Assembly: GCA_049609145.1 (NCBI GenBank)
Contig: JBMYYF010000003.1
Location: 247,770-311,769, forward strand
Origin: Alphaproteobacteria bacterium
Lineage (GTDB): Bacteria > Pseudomonadota > Alphaproteobacteria > SPJN01
DNA length: 64,000 nucleotides
Direction: 5' to 3'
This document shows positions 27,895 to 38,733 of the stretch, piece after piece (positions within the stretch are counted from its first letter, which is position 1; each line of letters begins with the position of its first letter). The notes under the pieces are model-generated. The model saw nothing but the letters and a program-made list of their open reading frames with translations. It was not told the DNA's origin and made no database searches. The position numbers were made by a program, and so were the translations under genes.

Positions 27895-30117
27895 CTAAAG
27901 GTCTGCTTTAAAGCCAATGCGGAATGCTTGCGGCTTACCGGGACGCAAGCCCGCAGGACGGCGCGCAACCGCATAGTCGCTATCGAATACGTTTTGTACC
28001 GACCCGGTGAGCGCCACATAATCGCTCAAAGCGACCTCACCGGAAAGATCAAACACGGTGTGACTTTCAATGCGTTCACTGGCAGGGATCGGCCCTTGTC
28101 CCGCCACGGCGCGCACTTCATCCACATATGACATTACGCCGTGCACGGCCCAGCCATCCCCTTCAGCGCCCAACCCCAGGCTAAGTTGATGTTCGGGAAT
28201 ATACGGCAAGTGATCACCTGCCATTACCTTCCCCCAACCATCGAACTTGGAGTCAAAGGTGCTGTCAAAGGTTGCATCCGTGTAGGTGTAGCTGGCCCAG
28301 AACGGCAGCATTACCGGCACATCAACAAAACTGCGCAGATCGCCTGAAGCTTTGGCTTCTACCCCCAACACCGTAACAGCATCGCCATTGAATTGGTCGC
28401 CTATGGCGCATCCACCCCCTGTAGACGCTGTACACGTTGCAACAAGATTATCGTAATCCGACCAAAAGCCGATAAGTTCCGCACTTACGCCATTGTCCAA
28501 AAACAGTCGCGCGCCGGCTTCATAGTTCCAGGCTTCTTCCGCATCCGCTGTATTGCCGGGCGCAGGCGGGGTAAAACCTTTATTGGCCCCTGCCAGCAGC
28601 GTTAGCTGATCTGACGCCTCAAACAAAATGCCAATACCGGGTATCCAAATATCGATATCATGATTTTGCGGGCTTGGGCTGGTCGTTCTTGCAGGATCGG
28701 CCGCCCCGAAATCAATTCGCTTGGTTTCAATCTGTTCAAACCGTACGCCAGGCACAAAGGTCCATGCCCCGTGGGTGATTTCATCCTGCAAGAAGAATGA
28801 CCACGCTTCTGCGCTATCAATCCTGTTGTTTCCCTTGCCTTCTCCGGGCACACCCGCAGTGGTTAGGACCAAAGTACCGTTATCCATGCGGAACTTATCC
28901 ACCCATTGAAAACGATCCATCTCGTCCTCGTGCCAGCGGGCGGAGAGCTGAATGCGATGTTGCATACCGTGCATCTCGCGCTCAACTGTCAGGACCGACT
29001 GCACGCCTTGAGAATAATATTCTCGGTTATTGGCTTTCACCTCAATGCTGTCATCTGCACCCACATGCCCGGATGCACCAACGATATCAGCAAAGGCGGC
29101 TGCATGGGTGGTGGGGTCTTCCAGAATATCTGACAAACCGACCGCGCCAGCCTTGCTTAGCTTGTACCAATTGCGCTGAAAATCATGGGTGTAATAGACG
29201 GTTGCCAGATCAATATCAGGGGTCAGTTCTACAGTGTGCCCAACCCGGAAACCTTTCCGTTCCCAGTCCATCTCATCCAATTGACTTGCATTGTAACGCC
29301 TGTATGGGTTGGCGGCGAAATCTGCATCCGTCAAACCCAAATAGGTTTCGTTGGAATTTTGTTCGGCGTAGCTGCCGGAAACATCCAGCGTGTGAACGTA
29401 GCCGAAAGCTGAACCACGCAGGCGCAACTTTGCGCCCGTGTCAGATAAACGATAGCCCGTGTCACCGCCGCGATCCAATTCCTTGAAGCCCGTTGTTTCA
29501 TCTTGCAAGGTTTCTACCAACAGCCCCACAGTGCTGCCATTTTGACGTTCAAGTGTTGTACCTGCCGAGGCGTGGATGCGGCGCTGATCAAAGCTGCCAA
29601 TATCACCGCGCAGCCTTACCTGTTGCTCTTCCGGCACCGGCGTAGACAGCAAGTTCAGCGCGCCGCCCACAGTATTGGGACCATATTTGATCGCCGCCGG
29701 ACCCTTGGAAACTTCTACCGCGCTAATGCGCGCTTGATTGGGAAAGTAGTAGGCAGAAGGCGCCGCATAAGGTGCAGGTGCCACCAATACGCCATCTTCC
29801 ATCAGCGCAATCTTGGCTGAACGATCAAGACCCGATCCGCGCATACCGATATTGGGGCGCAAACCGAACCCATCTTCCTCTTGCATGTAAACGCCGGTGG
29901 TACGACGCAACACGCGGGTAATATCGCTGTAGCTTTGTTCTTGCAGCACTTCCGGGTCCAGAAAATCGACCGACCCTGGCACATCCTTAATATCACTCAC
30001 TTGCCCAACAACGGTGATCGCATCAATTGCGGGATCATATTCCCCTGCCAAACCTGCCTGCGCTGACCATACCAAAGCCAGCGCCGTTGCCCCGGCTATG
30101 CCCACAAACCTTCTCAT
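27895..30117 (-). CDS. TonB-dependent receptor (FecA-like)
   Basis: Signal peptide; TonB box-like ITVVG; EEDGFGLRPNIGMRG plug motif; beta-barrel C-terminus. Confidence 0.93.
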   Translation of the reverse strand: MRRFVGIAGATALALVWSAQAGLAGEYDPAIDAITVVGQVSDIKDVPGSVDFLDPEVLQEQSYSDITRVLRRTTGVYMQEEDGFGLRPNIGMRGSGLDRSAKIALMEDGVLVAPAPYAAPSAYYFPNQARISAVEVSKGPAAIKYGPNTVGGALNLLSTPVPEEQQVRLRGDIGSFDQRRIHASAGTTLERQNGSTVGLLVETLQDETTGFKELDRGGDTGYRLSDTGAKLRLRGSAFGYVHTLDVSGSYAEQNSNETYLGLTDADFAANPYRRYNASQLDEMDWERKGFRVGHTVELTPDIDLATVYYTHDFQRNWYKLSKAGAVGLSDILEDPTTHAAAFADIVGASGHVGADDSIEVKANNREYYSQGVQSVLTVEREMHGMQHRIQLSARWHEDEMDRFQWVDKFRMDNGTLVLTTAGVPGEGKGNNRIDSAEAWSFFLQDEITHGAWTFVPGVRFEQIETKRIDFGAADPARTTSPSPQNHDIDIWIPGIGILFEASDQLTLLAGANKGFTPPAPGNTADAEEAWNYEAGARLFLDNGVSAELIGFWSDYDNLVATCTASTGGGCAIGDQFNGDAVTVLGVEAKASGDLRSFVDVPVMLPFWASYTYTDATFDSTFDSKFDGWGKVMAGDHLPYIPEHQLSLGLGAEGDGWAVHGVMSYVDEVRAVAGQGPIPASERIESHTVFDLSGEVALSDYVALTGSVQNVFDSDYAVARRPAGLRPGKPQAFRIGFKADL

Positions 30118-30164
30118 AACTCTCTCCACTCATTGAATTTCGCCGACCTTGCGTTCAGCAGTAA

Positions 30165-30181
30165 TTGATAATCATTCTCAA
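30165..30181. promoter_or_regulatory. Fur-type box
   Basis: TTGATAAT-C-ATTCTCAA inverted repeat upstream of the receptor gene. Confidence 0.75.
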
Positions 30182-30204
30182 TATATGATCTGGAGATAAC
30201 TGCA

Positions 30205-30223
30205 AATGCAAACAGGTTGCAAT
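30205..30223. promoter_or_regulatory. Mur/Fur-alpha-like box
   Basis: AATGCAAACAGGTTGCAAT, close to the rhizobial Mur consensus AATGCAAATAGTTTGCAAT. Confidence 0.55.
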
Positions 30224-30272
30224 TGCAAAAATGCCGCGGATGCTTTGTGGTAATCAGTAGAAAATTTGATGG

Positions 30273-31724
30273 CTAATTGTCCGACTTAGCGGCTTCGGCG
30301 CTTTGATATGAGCTTGCAAGCAAACCCACCAAAGCCGAGGTAAGCGCGCGATAGAGCCAGCCATCAAAGTAGGTTTGATATGTCGACAGGGTACTGGCGA
30401 TAAAGGCAGGATCATAAACGCGCCCATCAACTATCACCGTCCGCCAAGCCTTCAACACCGACAGGTCATCGCGCGGATCAGCCGATAAAAGCAATAAGTC
30501 TGCCCGCGCGCCCACCGCAATGCGCCCGATATTGCCATCATCAATCGCTCTGCCGTTGACAAGCGTGGCCGCGGTCAAAGCAGCTTCAGCGCTGCCCAAT
30601 GGCTCTTGCAGAGCAGCAAGCTCGCGATGCAGCGCATCCCCGGGAATAACATAGGGCATGAGGGTATCTGTGCCCGCCAAGATGGGGATGTTCATTTCAC
30701 GCGCTTGGCGCACCTGCGCGACCAGTGCTGGATACATGGCTTGCTGCTGCGCAATTCCCGTTTCTGTTTTGGGAAAGCCCGCAACAAGCCTGAAACCCTG
30801 TTGCCAAAACGCCGGAAGAGTGGCGAGCGCCGTGGGAGGAGGAAAACGCGTAGGGTCTGATGCACTCAGACGCAGTTTGAAATTCGCCAATGTGGGGGTG
30901 AAGGAAACATTGTTTCTTTTTGCCACCGCGAGCGCGCCGTTGATTTCCGCCCCGTCCATCGCCAACACATCTACAAAGGCCACGTCATCCCCAACTGGTG
31001 GACGGGGTCGTGTGACATAGGGCAGGCCCGTCATGTGCTGGGCTTCAAAGTAACGCACATTTCGCAATCCAACCTTGTGCGGCACATGCCCGATCAACGG
31101 CAACTCGTGTCGCTTGGCGGCAACGGCTATTGCTTCATATACCTTGGGGCCAATTTCATTATAAAGCTTTAGGCAATCCACTCCGCCCGCGGCCAGCTCA
31201 TCAACGGCCTGCGTGGCTTCGGCGGCGGTGTGCAACACACGGGCCGTTGGCCATGCGGGTGGATCCCCCTCAAGTACCGGCCCACAGCGATACATGCGCG
31301 GCCCAGCCAGCGTACCGCCGTTCAGCTTTTCTGCCAAATCAACCACACTGCCATCTGCTTGGCCGACATCACGTATTGTGGTCACCCCGTGGGCTAAATA
31401 GAGCAGCGCAAATATCTCCTGATTGCCTCTCAACACCGCCGGTGGAAAATGAACATGCGCATCAATCAAACCCGGCATGACCCAGCAACCGGTGCATTCG
31501 CCAACGGGATCTGCCTCTATCGAGGGTCGCAACCCCGTGATGTTGCCGCCTTTAACTTCCACAGTATAATCATGGAGAGGTCGCTCACCGGGATTGAGCA
31601 CCGTTACATGCGCAAACACCTGATCTTGCTGAGGTGGCACCGCAACTTCGGGTGGCGCAAGCATCCACCATACTCCCGCCACCACAAGCACCGGCAAACA
31701 AATTATCGCCAGTGCACTTTTCAT
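30273..31724 (-). CDS. Amidohydrolase family protein with N-terminal anchor
   Basis: PGLIDAHVH, GVTTIRD, AGTD and GARADLLLL motifs. Confidence 0.9.
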   Translation of the reverse strand: MKSALAIICLPVLVVAGVWWMLAPPEVAVPPQQDQVFAHVTVLNPGERPLHDYTVEVKGGNITGLRPSIEADPVGECTGCWVMPGLIDAHVHFPPAVLRGNQEIFALLYLAHGVTTIRDVGQADGSVVDLAEKLNGGTLAGPRMYRCGPVLEGDPPAWPTARVLHTAAEATQAVDELAAGGVDCLKLYNEIGPKVYEAIAVAAKRHELPLIGHVPHKVGLRNVRYFEAQHMTGLPYVTRPRPPVGDDVAFVDVLAMDGAEINGALAVAKRNNVSFTPTLANFKLRLSASDPTRFPPPTALATLPAFWQQGFRLVAGFPKTETGIAQQQAMYPALVAQVRQAREMNIPILAGTDTLMPYVIPGDALHRELAALQEPLGSAEAALTAATLVNGRAIDDGNIGRIAVGARADLLLLSADPRDDLSVLKAWRTVIVDGRVYDPAFIASTLSTYQTYFDGWLYRALTSALVGLLASSYQSAEAAKSDN

Positions 31725-31727
31725 ATT

Positions 31728-33407
31728 TTAGCGCTCGAACTTTTTGAACTTGATGCGCTTCGGTCCATCAGCCAATTCAGGATGGCGGCGTTTGAAATCC
31801 ACCTCGTAATCCTCGTAATTGCCCTCAAACCACTCCACGTGGCTGTCGCCCTCAAAGGCCAGAATGTGGGTCGCGATGCGATCTAGGAACCAGCGATCAT
31901 GCGAAATGATAACGGCACACCCGGCAAAGTTATCAAGAGCGTCTTCAAGGGCGCGCAGGGTCTCCACATCCAGATCATTGGTCGGTTCATCAAGCAACAG
32001 CACATTGGCTTCTGACTTAAGCATTTTGGCCAGATGAACCCGATTACGTTCCCCGCCCGACAACATGCCAACTTTCTTTTGCTGGTCCGGCCCTTTGAAA
32101 TTGAACGCGGACGTATAGGCCCGACTGTTCATCTCATGCTTGCCAAGTTGAATGACATCATTACCGCCGGAGACTTCTTCCCACACGGTTTTGGCCCCAT
32201 CCAAACTATCACGAGACTGGTCCACATAGCCCAAGGCAACTGTTTCCCCCAGTTTGATCGAGCCTTCATCGGGCTGTTCTTGCCCGGTGATCATACGAAA
32301 CAGGGTGGTTTTACCCGCGCCGTTGGCCCCGATAATGCCAACAATAGCGCCGGGCGGCATGGTGAAATCCAACCCATCAACCAACAATTTGTCACCAAAG
32401 GCTTTTTTGATTCCTTCGGCCTTGATCACGACATCGCCCAAGCGTGGCCCAGGCGGAATGATAATCTGGGCCCGACCCGGCGCACGATCCGCCGATTTAG
32501 CCAACAACTCATCGTAGGCTTTCAAGCGCGCCTTGGATTTGGCTTGGCGGGCTTTGGGGCTTTGGCGCACCCATTCCAGCTCCTTATCCAATGTGCGTTG
32601 GCGGGCGGCTTCTTCACTTTCTTCCTGTGCCAACCGCTTGGCTTTCTGTTCCAGCCAGCTTGAGTAATTGCCCTCGTAAGGAATACCCTGACCGCGATCG
32701 AGTTCCAAAATCCAACCCGTGATATTATCAAGGAAGTAACGGTCATGGGTTACGACCATAACGGTGCCGGTAAATTCCTTCAAATGGCGCTCCAGCCATG
32801 CCACGCTTTCCGCGTCCAAATGGTTGGTCGGTTCATCAAGCAGCAGCAAATCGGGCTTGGAAAGCAGCAGCCGTGTCAGCGCCACGCGACGACGCTCACC
32901 GCCTGACAGCTTGGACACATCAGCATCACCCGGGGGGCAACGCAGTGCCTCCATCGCGATTTCCACCTTGTTTTGCAAATCCCACGCGTCGGCGGCATCA
33001 ATCTGTTCTTGCAAGGCGGCCTGTTCTTCGATCAAGGCGTTCATTTCATCGTCATCGGTCACTTCACCGAATTTGAGAGAAACTTCCTCAAACCGATCGA
33101 GCAGTGCCTTGGTTTCGCCCACGCCTTCCATCACATTACCCAGCACGTCCTTGCTGTCGTTCAGTTCCGGTTCCTGCGCCAGATAGCCCACCTTGGCATC
33201 CTTGGCGGCCCAAGCCTCGCCCGTATATTCTTTATCGATCCCGGCCATGATTTTAAGCAAAGTTGACTTACCGGCGCCGTTCACCCCCAAAACGCCGATT
33301 TTGACGCCCGGCAAGAACTGCAAATGCACATCTTTCAGCACTTGTTTGCCGCCGGGCCAAACCTTGTTCAAACCCTGCATGGTGTAGACATATTGATAAG
33401 ACGCCAT
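31728..33407 (-). CDS. ettA: ABC-F translational throttle EttA
   Basis: Two ABC cassettes ([26 protein letters not shown]); [13 protein letters not shown] linker. Confidence 0.96.
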   Translation of the reverse strand: MASYQYVYTMQGLNKVWPGGKQVLKDVHLQFLPGVKIGVLGVNGAGKSTLLKIMAGIDKEYTGEAWAAKDAKVGYLAQEPELNDSKDVLGNVMEGVGETKALLDRFEEVSLKFGEVTDDDEMNALIEEQAALQEQIDAADAWDLQNKVEIAMEALRCPPGDADVSKLSGGERRRVALTRLLLSKPDLLLLDEPTNHLDAESVAWLERHLKEFTGTVMVVTHDRYFLDNITGWILELDRGQGIPYEGNYSSWLEQKAKRLAQEESEEAARQRTLDKELEWVRQSPKARQAKSKARLKAYDELLAKSADRAPGRAQIIIPPGPRLGDVVIKAEGIKKAFGDKLLVDGLDFTMPPGAIVGIIGANGAGKTTLFRMITGQEQPDEGSIKLGETVALGYVDQSRDSLDGAKTVWEEVSGGNDVIQLGKHEMNSRAYTSAFNFKGPDQQKKVGMLSGGERNRVHLAKMLKSEANVLLLDEPTNDLDVETLRALEDALDNFAGCAVIISHDRWFLDRIATHILAFEGDSHVEWFEGNYEDYEVDFKRRHPELADGPKRIKFKKFER

Positions 33408-33566
33408 GGAACTACTTCTCTCGCTGAATTCGGAAATTAGCGCGCTTGTAGCCTATGCTTGTATGGGCGGCAAGACGGCACAAAAACGAAAACCACCCCA
33501 GTCTGCCAATTGCAGGCATTGCAGGCCCTGCCCACCTATGTGTTATACTAAGCGCAAAGGGGACAT

Positions 33567-34490
33567 ATGATGACCGGACGGCTGAGTAAAATTGGATTAT
33601 TGGCAGGTGCTTTCAGCCTTCTGCCTGCCTTGGCCCATGCCTGCGCCTATCACGCCATGTTTGCAAACCTGACCTTCGGGCGATTTGTCATGGCGCTATT
33701 GGACTATTTCCAAACCAGCGCGACCGCCGCCATGGTCGCCGCCGCGGCTGGCGTGCGCGATGGCTCTGACCTGTCGCCGCTTGTTACAGCTCTTGCCTTT
33801 GGTTTTGGCTATGGGGCGTTACATGCCTTGGGACCGGGTCATGGCAAGTTGATCATTTCCTCCTATTTTTTGGGTCAGGATGGCAAAATGAAAGAGGGCC
33901 TGATAATGGGCACGCAGATCGCCATTGTGCATGTGGCGAGCGCGATTGTGATCGTTTGGGCCGCACATCTGCTCCTATCCAACGTCTTTGCCTCTGAAAC
34001 CGCTGATTATCGCTATGTGCGGCTCGCAAGCTATGCCGCGATCACCGGCATTGGCCTTTACATGGCATGGGGTGCCGCCAAAAAAGTGGTTCACTATTTC
34101 CGCCATCACCGCGGTAGCCACGGCCATCACCACAGCCATGCGGATGAAGGCGGATGCGCCTGCGCCGCGCATGAGAAATTGAGCGGTGGCGAAGGCAAAA
34201 AACGTTCCTTCATCTCTGTTATGGTAGGCGTTGTGCCCTGTACCGGCGCGATTTTGGTGATGCTGTTCGCGCTGGCCAATGACATGGTGTTTTTAGGCAC
34301 GCTGGTCGTTGTCGCTATTTCTATCGGTATGGCGGCAACCATGGCGGGACTTGGTATGGCAAGCGTTTGGCTGCGCCGCTCGGTGCTGGACAAAACGGGG
34401 TCAAATGGGGTCATGGTGCTGAACCTTGAAATGCTTGGCGCCCTTCTGATTGTTTCTATTGGCGCCGGATTATTTGCGCTTACCATCTAG
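33567..34490 (+). CDS. Nickel/cobalt transporter (RcnA/NiCoT-like)
   Basis: HALGPGHGK motif, His-rich loop, GVVPCTGA motif. Confidence 0.87.
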   Translation: MMTGRLSKIGLLAGAFSLLPALAHACAYHAMFANLTFGRFVMALLDYFQTSATAAMVAAAAGVRDGSDLSPLVTALAFGFGYGALHALGPGHGKLIISSYFLGQDGKMKEGLIMGTQIAIVHVASAIVIVWAAHLLLSNVFASETADYRYVRLASYAAITGIGLYMAWGAAKKVVHYFRHHRGSHGHHHSHADEGGCACAAHEKLSGGEGKKRSFISVMVGVVPCTGAILVMLFALANDMVFLGTLVVVAISIGMAATMAGLGMASVWLRRSVLDKTGSNGVMVLNLEMLGALLIVSIGAGLFALTI

Positions 34491-34499
34491 GAATTACCC

Positions 34500-35468
34500 A
34501 TGAAAGCGATTCAATGCGCCGCGTTCGGAGCGCCCGAAACCTTGAGCCTTGTCGATTTGCCAAACCCAACGGCGGGTCCGGCGCAAGTGGTGGTGGACGT
34601 AAAAGCCTGCGGCGCCAATTTTGTGGATGCCTTGCTGGTGCAGGGGCTTTATCAGGTAAAACCGCCCCTGCCCTATTTTCCCGGCAATGAGGTTTCCGGC
34701 GTGGTTCTTGAGGTGGGCGAAGGCGTAGAGCACCTCAAGGCTGGCGACGAGGTAATGGGCCTCACCATGGTGGGGGGCTTTGCAGAACAGCTTGTCGCCC
34801 CCGCGATGGTGTTTTCCAAGAAACCGGAAGGATTGAGTTTCCCGCAAGCTGCTGCCTTTTTGATGAACTATTGCACCGTCTCTTACGCGCTGGATGATAT
34901 TGCGAACATTCAAAAAGGTGAAACCGTCTTGATATTGGGCGCAGGTGGTGGCGTGGGACTTGCCGCGCTTGACCTTGCAATTGGCCGTGGTGCGCGGGTG
35001 ATTGCCGCCGCGGCATCGTCTGAAAAACGAGCGCTCTGCCTTGAGATGGGCGCGAGCGACGCCATCGACTACGATAATGAAGACCTGAAAGCCCGCGTGA
35101 AAGAGCTTGGTGGAGCCGATATCATTGTGGACCCGGTGGGCGGCAAGTATACAGAACAAGCCTTCCGCGCGATCAAGCCCAAGGGCCGGCATCTGATTAT
35201 CGGTTTTGCGGCGGGCGACATTCCACGCATTCCCGTCAATCTGGCGCTGCTGAAACGCGCGGCCATTCTGGGGGTAGACTGGGGTGGTTATACCCGTGCC
35301 AATCCAGCCGACAATCTGCCCATTCTTGCGCGTATTTCAGAAGATGTTGCAGCAGGCCGCATCAGCCCTGTCGTAAATGCCCTCTACCCGCTTGAAGAAA
35401 CAGGCAAAGCATTACGGGACTTGCTTGATCGCAAAGTAACAGGAAAAGCCGTTGTCGTCACAAGCTGA
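34500..35468 (+). CDS. NADPH:quinone oxidoreductase (MDR family)
   Basis: PYFPGNEVSG, GAGGGVG and IGFAAG motifs. Confidence 0.9.
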   Translation: MKAIQCAAFGAPETLSLVDLPNPTAGPAQVVVDVKACGANFVDALLVQGLYQVKPPLPYFPGNEVSGVVLEVGEGVEHLKAGDEVMGLTMVGGFAEQLVAPAMVFSKKPEGLSFPQAAAFLMNYCTVSYALDDIANIQKGETVLILGAGGGVGLAALDLAIGRGARVIAAAASSEKRALCLEMGASDAIDYDNEDLKARVKELGGADIIVDPVGGKYTEQAFRAIKPKGRHLIIGFAAGDIPRIPVNLALLKRAAILGVDWGGYTRANPADNLPILARISEDVAAGRISPVVNALYPLEETGKALRDLLDRKVTGKAVVVTS

Positions 35469-36240
35469 GGCCTTTGCAAAACGCTGGGGCGTGAAACTTT
35501 CTGATCGCGTTGATGAAACCCATGCTTCCGCCCTGTATCATGGCTGGCGTGGCTTGGCCCCGGTTGTACTCAAAATCGGCAAGCCCCATGCAGAAGAGGC
35601 ACATGCCGCCCCCATCATGCAGGCTTATCAAACCTATGGCGGTGTAACCGTGTTTGAGGCTGATGGGCCCGCGGTGTTGATGCCCCTACTTTCCGGCATT
35701 GAACTGAGTGAACTTACCGCCAACGGGGAAGATGAAGAGGCGACGGAAATTTTCTGTAGTGTGATGCAAAAACTCCACCGCGCTGCAATCCCGCACGGCA
35801 CGCAAAAAATTGAGGCATTGGCGAAAGGGTTTGAAAATTCAACCCTTCCCCCATCCTTACTTGCTGAAGCCAAATCGTTATTCGCCGAACTATGCAAATC
35901 ACAAGGACGCCCCGTGTTACTGCATGGCGACCTGCATCACACAAATATACTGCAAGACATCAATCGCGGTTGGGTGGTGATCGACCCCAAGGGGCTGGTA
36001 GGTGAAGCTGAAATTGATTGCTGGTCCTATCTACGCAATCCAATCAACCAACCGCAAATCGTTCTTTCCCCAGAAACACTTGAACGCCGCATCAATCAAA
36101 TTGCGGCGGCCACAAAGCTGCATGCGGGCCGTATAAGAGCATGGGCCTTTACATTGGGCGTTCTATCAGCCTGCTGGGACGAGGCTGCAGGTAAAGCCCC
36201 GGATCTCGCCTATCCACTTATGATAAAACGGTTGGTTTAG
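35452..36240 (+). CDS. APH(6)/StrB-like phosphotransferase family protein
   Basis: LLHGDLHHTNIL and VIDPKG motifs. Confidence 0.85.
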   Translation: MSSQAEAFAKRWGVKLSDRVDETHASALYHGWRGLAPVVLKIGKPHAEEAHAAPIMQAYQTYGGVTVFEADGPAVLMPLLSGIELSELTANGEDEEATEIFCSVMQKLHRAAIPHGTQKIEALAKGFENSTLPPSLLAEAKSLFAELCKSQGRPVLLHGDLHHTNILQDINRGWVVIDPKGLVGEAEIDCWSYLRNPINQPQIVLSPETLERRINQIAAATKLHAGRIRAWAFTLGVLSACWDEAAGKAPDLAYPLMIKRLV

Positions 36241-37058
36241 CCCTGCCACTCCGGCTTGCGCTTCTCCATAAGGGCCTTTAGTCCCTCGCGATAATCATCC
36301 TCACGCATCATTTCTTCCAGCCGAGCTTTGGAATCTGCAATAGCATCTGCAACACCGCGATGCTGATCCAAATAGGTTTGATGGCGTGTGGCCTTAAGTG
36401 AGCCGGGAGAAATGCCTTCCACCATGCCAAGGGCATAATCATAGGCGGCGGTGCGCACGGCCTCTGCATCCGGCTCGGCGCGATTGAACAGACCAAGCTG
36501 CACGCCTTCTTCGCCTGTAAACACGCGACTGGTAAGCAGTAAATCCATGGCCTGGGTCAGCCCCATGGCGCGCGGCAATATCCACGACAGGCCGAATTCT
36601 GCCGGTAGGTTCAGCCGCCCATGAGCTGTTGTAAATTTGGCATCGCTTCGCACAATTTTGATGTCGCAAAAACATGCCAACGCCAAGCCAATGCCTGCCG
36701 CCGCCCCGTTGATCGCGCCAATAACTGGTTTGGACAGCCCCATCATCCACGCGAAATCGCCGCGGAATTCAGGCGCCGCAGCCTCGCCCGGTGTGGGCAT
36801 CTCCGGCGGGGTACCGGCATCGTAACTGCCGCGCTTTGCGTGAGTATCAAGCGCACCGAAATCACCGCCGGGGCAAAAGGCATTTCCCGCACCGGTCAGC
36901 ACAATGGCACGCACATTGGGGTTTTCATCCAGCTCAGCGAAAGCCGTGCGCAGTTCCAGATGCATCCTACCAGTCCAGCTGTTTTGACGTTCCGGACGGT
37001 TCAGCATTACCGTAGCAACAGGACCGCGCTGTGCAATCTCAATCGTCTTCCAGTCCAT
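36237..37058 (-). CDS. Enoyl-CoA hydratase/isomerase family protein
   Basis: LNRPERQN, AFCPGGD and KPVIGAINGAAAG motifs. Confidence 0.92.
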   Translation of the reverse strand: MDWKTIEIAQRGPVATVMLNRPERQNSWTGRMHLELRTAFAELDENPNVRAIVLTGAGNAFCPGGDFGALDTHAKRGSYDAGTPPEMPTPGEAAAPEFRGDFAWMMGLSKPVIGAINGAAAGIGLALACFCDIKIVRSDAKFTTAHGRLNLPAEFGLSWILPRAMGLTQAMDLLLTSRVFTGEEGVQLGLFNRAEPDAEAVRTAAYDYALGMVEGISPGSLKATRHQTYLDQHRGVADAIADSKARLEEMMREDDYREGLKALMEKRKPEWQG

Positions 37059-37135
37059 GATCACCCTTTTTTCCATGTGAACACCGTGCGACACTGCCAT
37101 TCCATAACATACGAATCAGTTCTTCGGACCCCACA

Positions 37136-38608
37136 ATGAGCGACAAAGCGGCAGGCGACTACGCCCCGTCTATTCCTGAAAGCGCCGCGATTTCCATCGC
37201 CACAATCGAGGCACGCGCGCTTTCCATGCGCCGCCACCTAACCCATGAAGGCCCGGCAACACTGGACCAACGGCTGGATCGCCTAAGCCGTCTGGAACGT
37301 GCTATTCGCGCTCATGCGGATTTGATCGCCCAAGCCATCGAGCAGGATTTTCAGGTCCGCGGACGGCTTCAATCCATTTTGTCCGATGTGTATGAACCGC
37401 TCAGCGCTGCACGCACCAGCCGATCTCAGGCAAGACTGGCCCTCCTACGCCAAAAGATAAAGTTGGCCTTTCCCTTCAACATTGCAGGCCGCGCCTATTT
37501 GGAAGCGCAACCGGCAGGACTAGTCGGCGTCATCACACCTGCCAGCGACCCTGTTCGGCTTTCGTTGCTTATACTGGTAGATGCCCTTGCGGCCGGAAAT
37601 CGGGTAATCATCAAACCTTCGGAAGAGACACCCGCAAGCGCCCATTTGCTGGATAGAATGCTGGGCAGCGAATTCGACGCTGATGAGGTGTCGGTCGTGA
37701 CGGGGGACGCACAGGTCGCGCAAGCTCTTGCGAAAATGCCAATTGATCATTTGGTTGCCGCTGGCAGCAGGCCAGCTCTTTCTGCCATTATGGCCGCGGC
37801 AGCAACGAACCTGACCCCTGTCACCTTGATCCCCGGCGGCAAATCGGCCGCCTTGGTTGCGCCTGATTTTCCGATCAATGAAGCGGCTGAAAAAATTTTC
37901 ACCGCAAAATTGATCAATGCGGGCCAAAGTTGTGAGGCCCCAGACTATGCCTTGGTATCCACAACTGACGAGGCTGAGTTTGTTGCCGCCGCACAGGCTG
38001 CGGTGCAAACACATTGGGAAAGGCTGGAGGGTCACCCCGATTACGCCGCCGTGCCATCGCAAAACGATCGCAAACGCTTACAAACCCTGATCGCCGATGC
38101 GATAGAAAAGGGTGCCCGGCTGGTGCCACTTGGCCCTTCCTCGGAACAATTTGGCCCGGAACAGTCGAAAATGCGGCCTGCCTTATTGCTTAGTGTTACC
38201 GACGATATGGAAGTACTGCACACCGAGATTATGGGACCAATATTGCCCGTGCTTGGCTACAATCATTTGGAAGATGCCTTGCAGTTCATTAACGCCGGAG
38301 ACACAGCACCCATCCTATCGCTGTTTACACACAGCCCAAATTGGCGACGCCAAGTTTTAAACCATGCCAATATTGGCGGTCTGATTGTGAACGATGCCGG
38401 GCCGGGTGCGCGCCCTGCCAGCCTGCCTTTTGGCACGACGGGCCGGGCCGCAAGCGGCTTGATTGGTGGGGTAAGCGGCATGATGGGACTTACGCGCCTC
38501 ACCCCGGTTTTTGAACGGTTCCGCCTTACCGTATTGCCGCGCACGCGCCCGCCCTTTACGGCGCAGGACGAAGCGACAATCAACCGATTGGTGCGCCGCG
38601 GTCGCTAG
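37136..38608 (+). CDS. ALDH-fold protein (coniferyl-ALDH-like) with degenerate catalytic motifs
   Basis: KPSE, GGKS, NAGQSC and EIMGP are present, but PWN is PAS, FTGS is AAGS and LELGG is LIPGG. Confidence 0.85.
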   Translation: MSDKAAGDYAPSIPESAAISIATIEARALSMRRHLTHEGPATLDQRLDRLSRLERAIRAHADLIAQAIEQDFQVRGRLQSILSDVYEPLSAARTSRSQARLALLRQKIKLAFPFNIAGRAYLEAQPAGLVGVITPASDPVRLSLLILVDALAAGNRVIIKPSEETPASAHLLDRMLGSEFDADEVSVVTGDAQVAQALAKMPIDHLVAAGSRPALSAIMAAAATNLTPVTLIPGGKSAALVAPDFPINEAAEKIFTAKLINAGQSCEAPDYALVSTTDEAEFVAAAQAAVQTHWERLEGHPDYAAVPSQNDRKRLQTLIADAIEKGARLVPLGPSSEQFGPEQSKMRPALLLSVTDDMEVLHTEIMGPILPVLGYNHLEDALQFINAGDTAPILSLFTHSPNWRRQVLNHANIGGLIVNDAGPGARPASLPFGTTGRAASGLIGGVSGMMGLTRLTPVFERFRLTVLPRTRPPFTAQDEATINRLVRRGR

Positions 38609-38733
38609 GCGTTATCGCCAATATATTTAGGGTAAATGAACTAAAAACACGCTTATCTGTCTTGCGAAGCGTGGCGATCCTGATAGGCTCGCCGGTTATA
38701 ACCCAGTAAAGAGACATATTAAGGGAGGTCGAA

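Noticed and set aside
35452-36240. Acquired streptomycin-resistance gene
   Set aside because: Chromosomal APH(6)-like homolog overlapping a quinone oxidoreductase gene, with no mobile context; substrate unknown.
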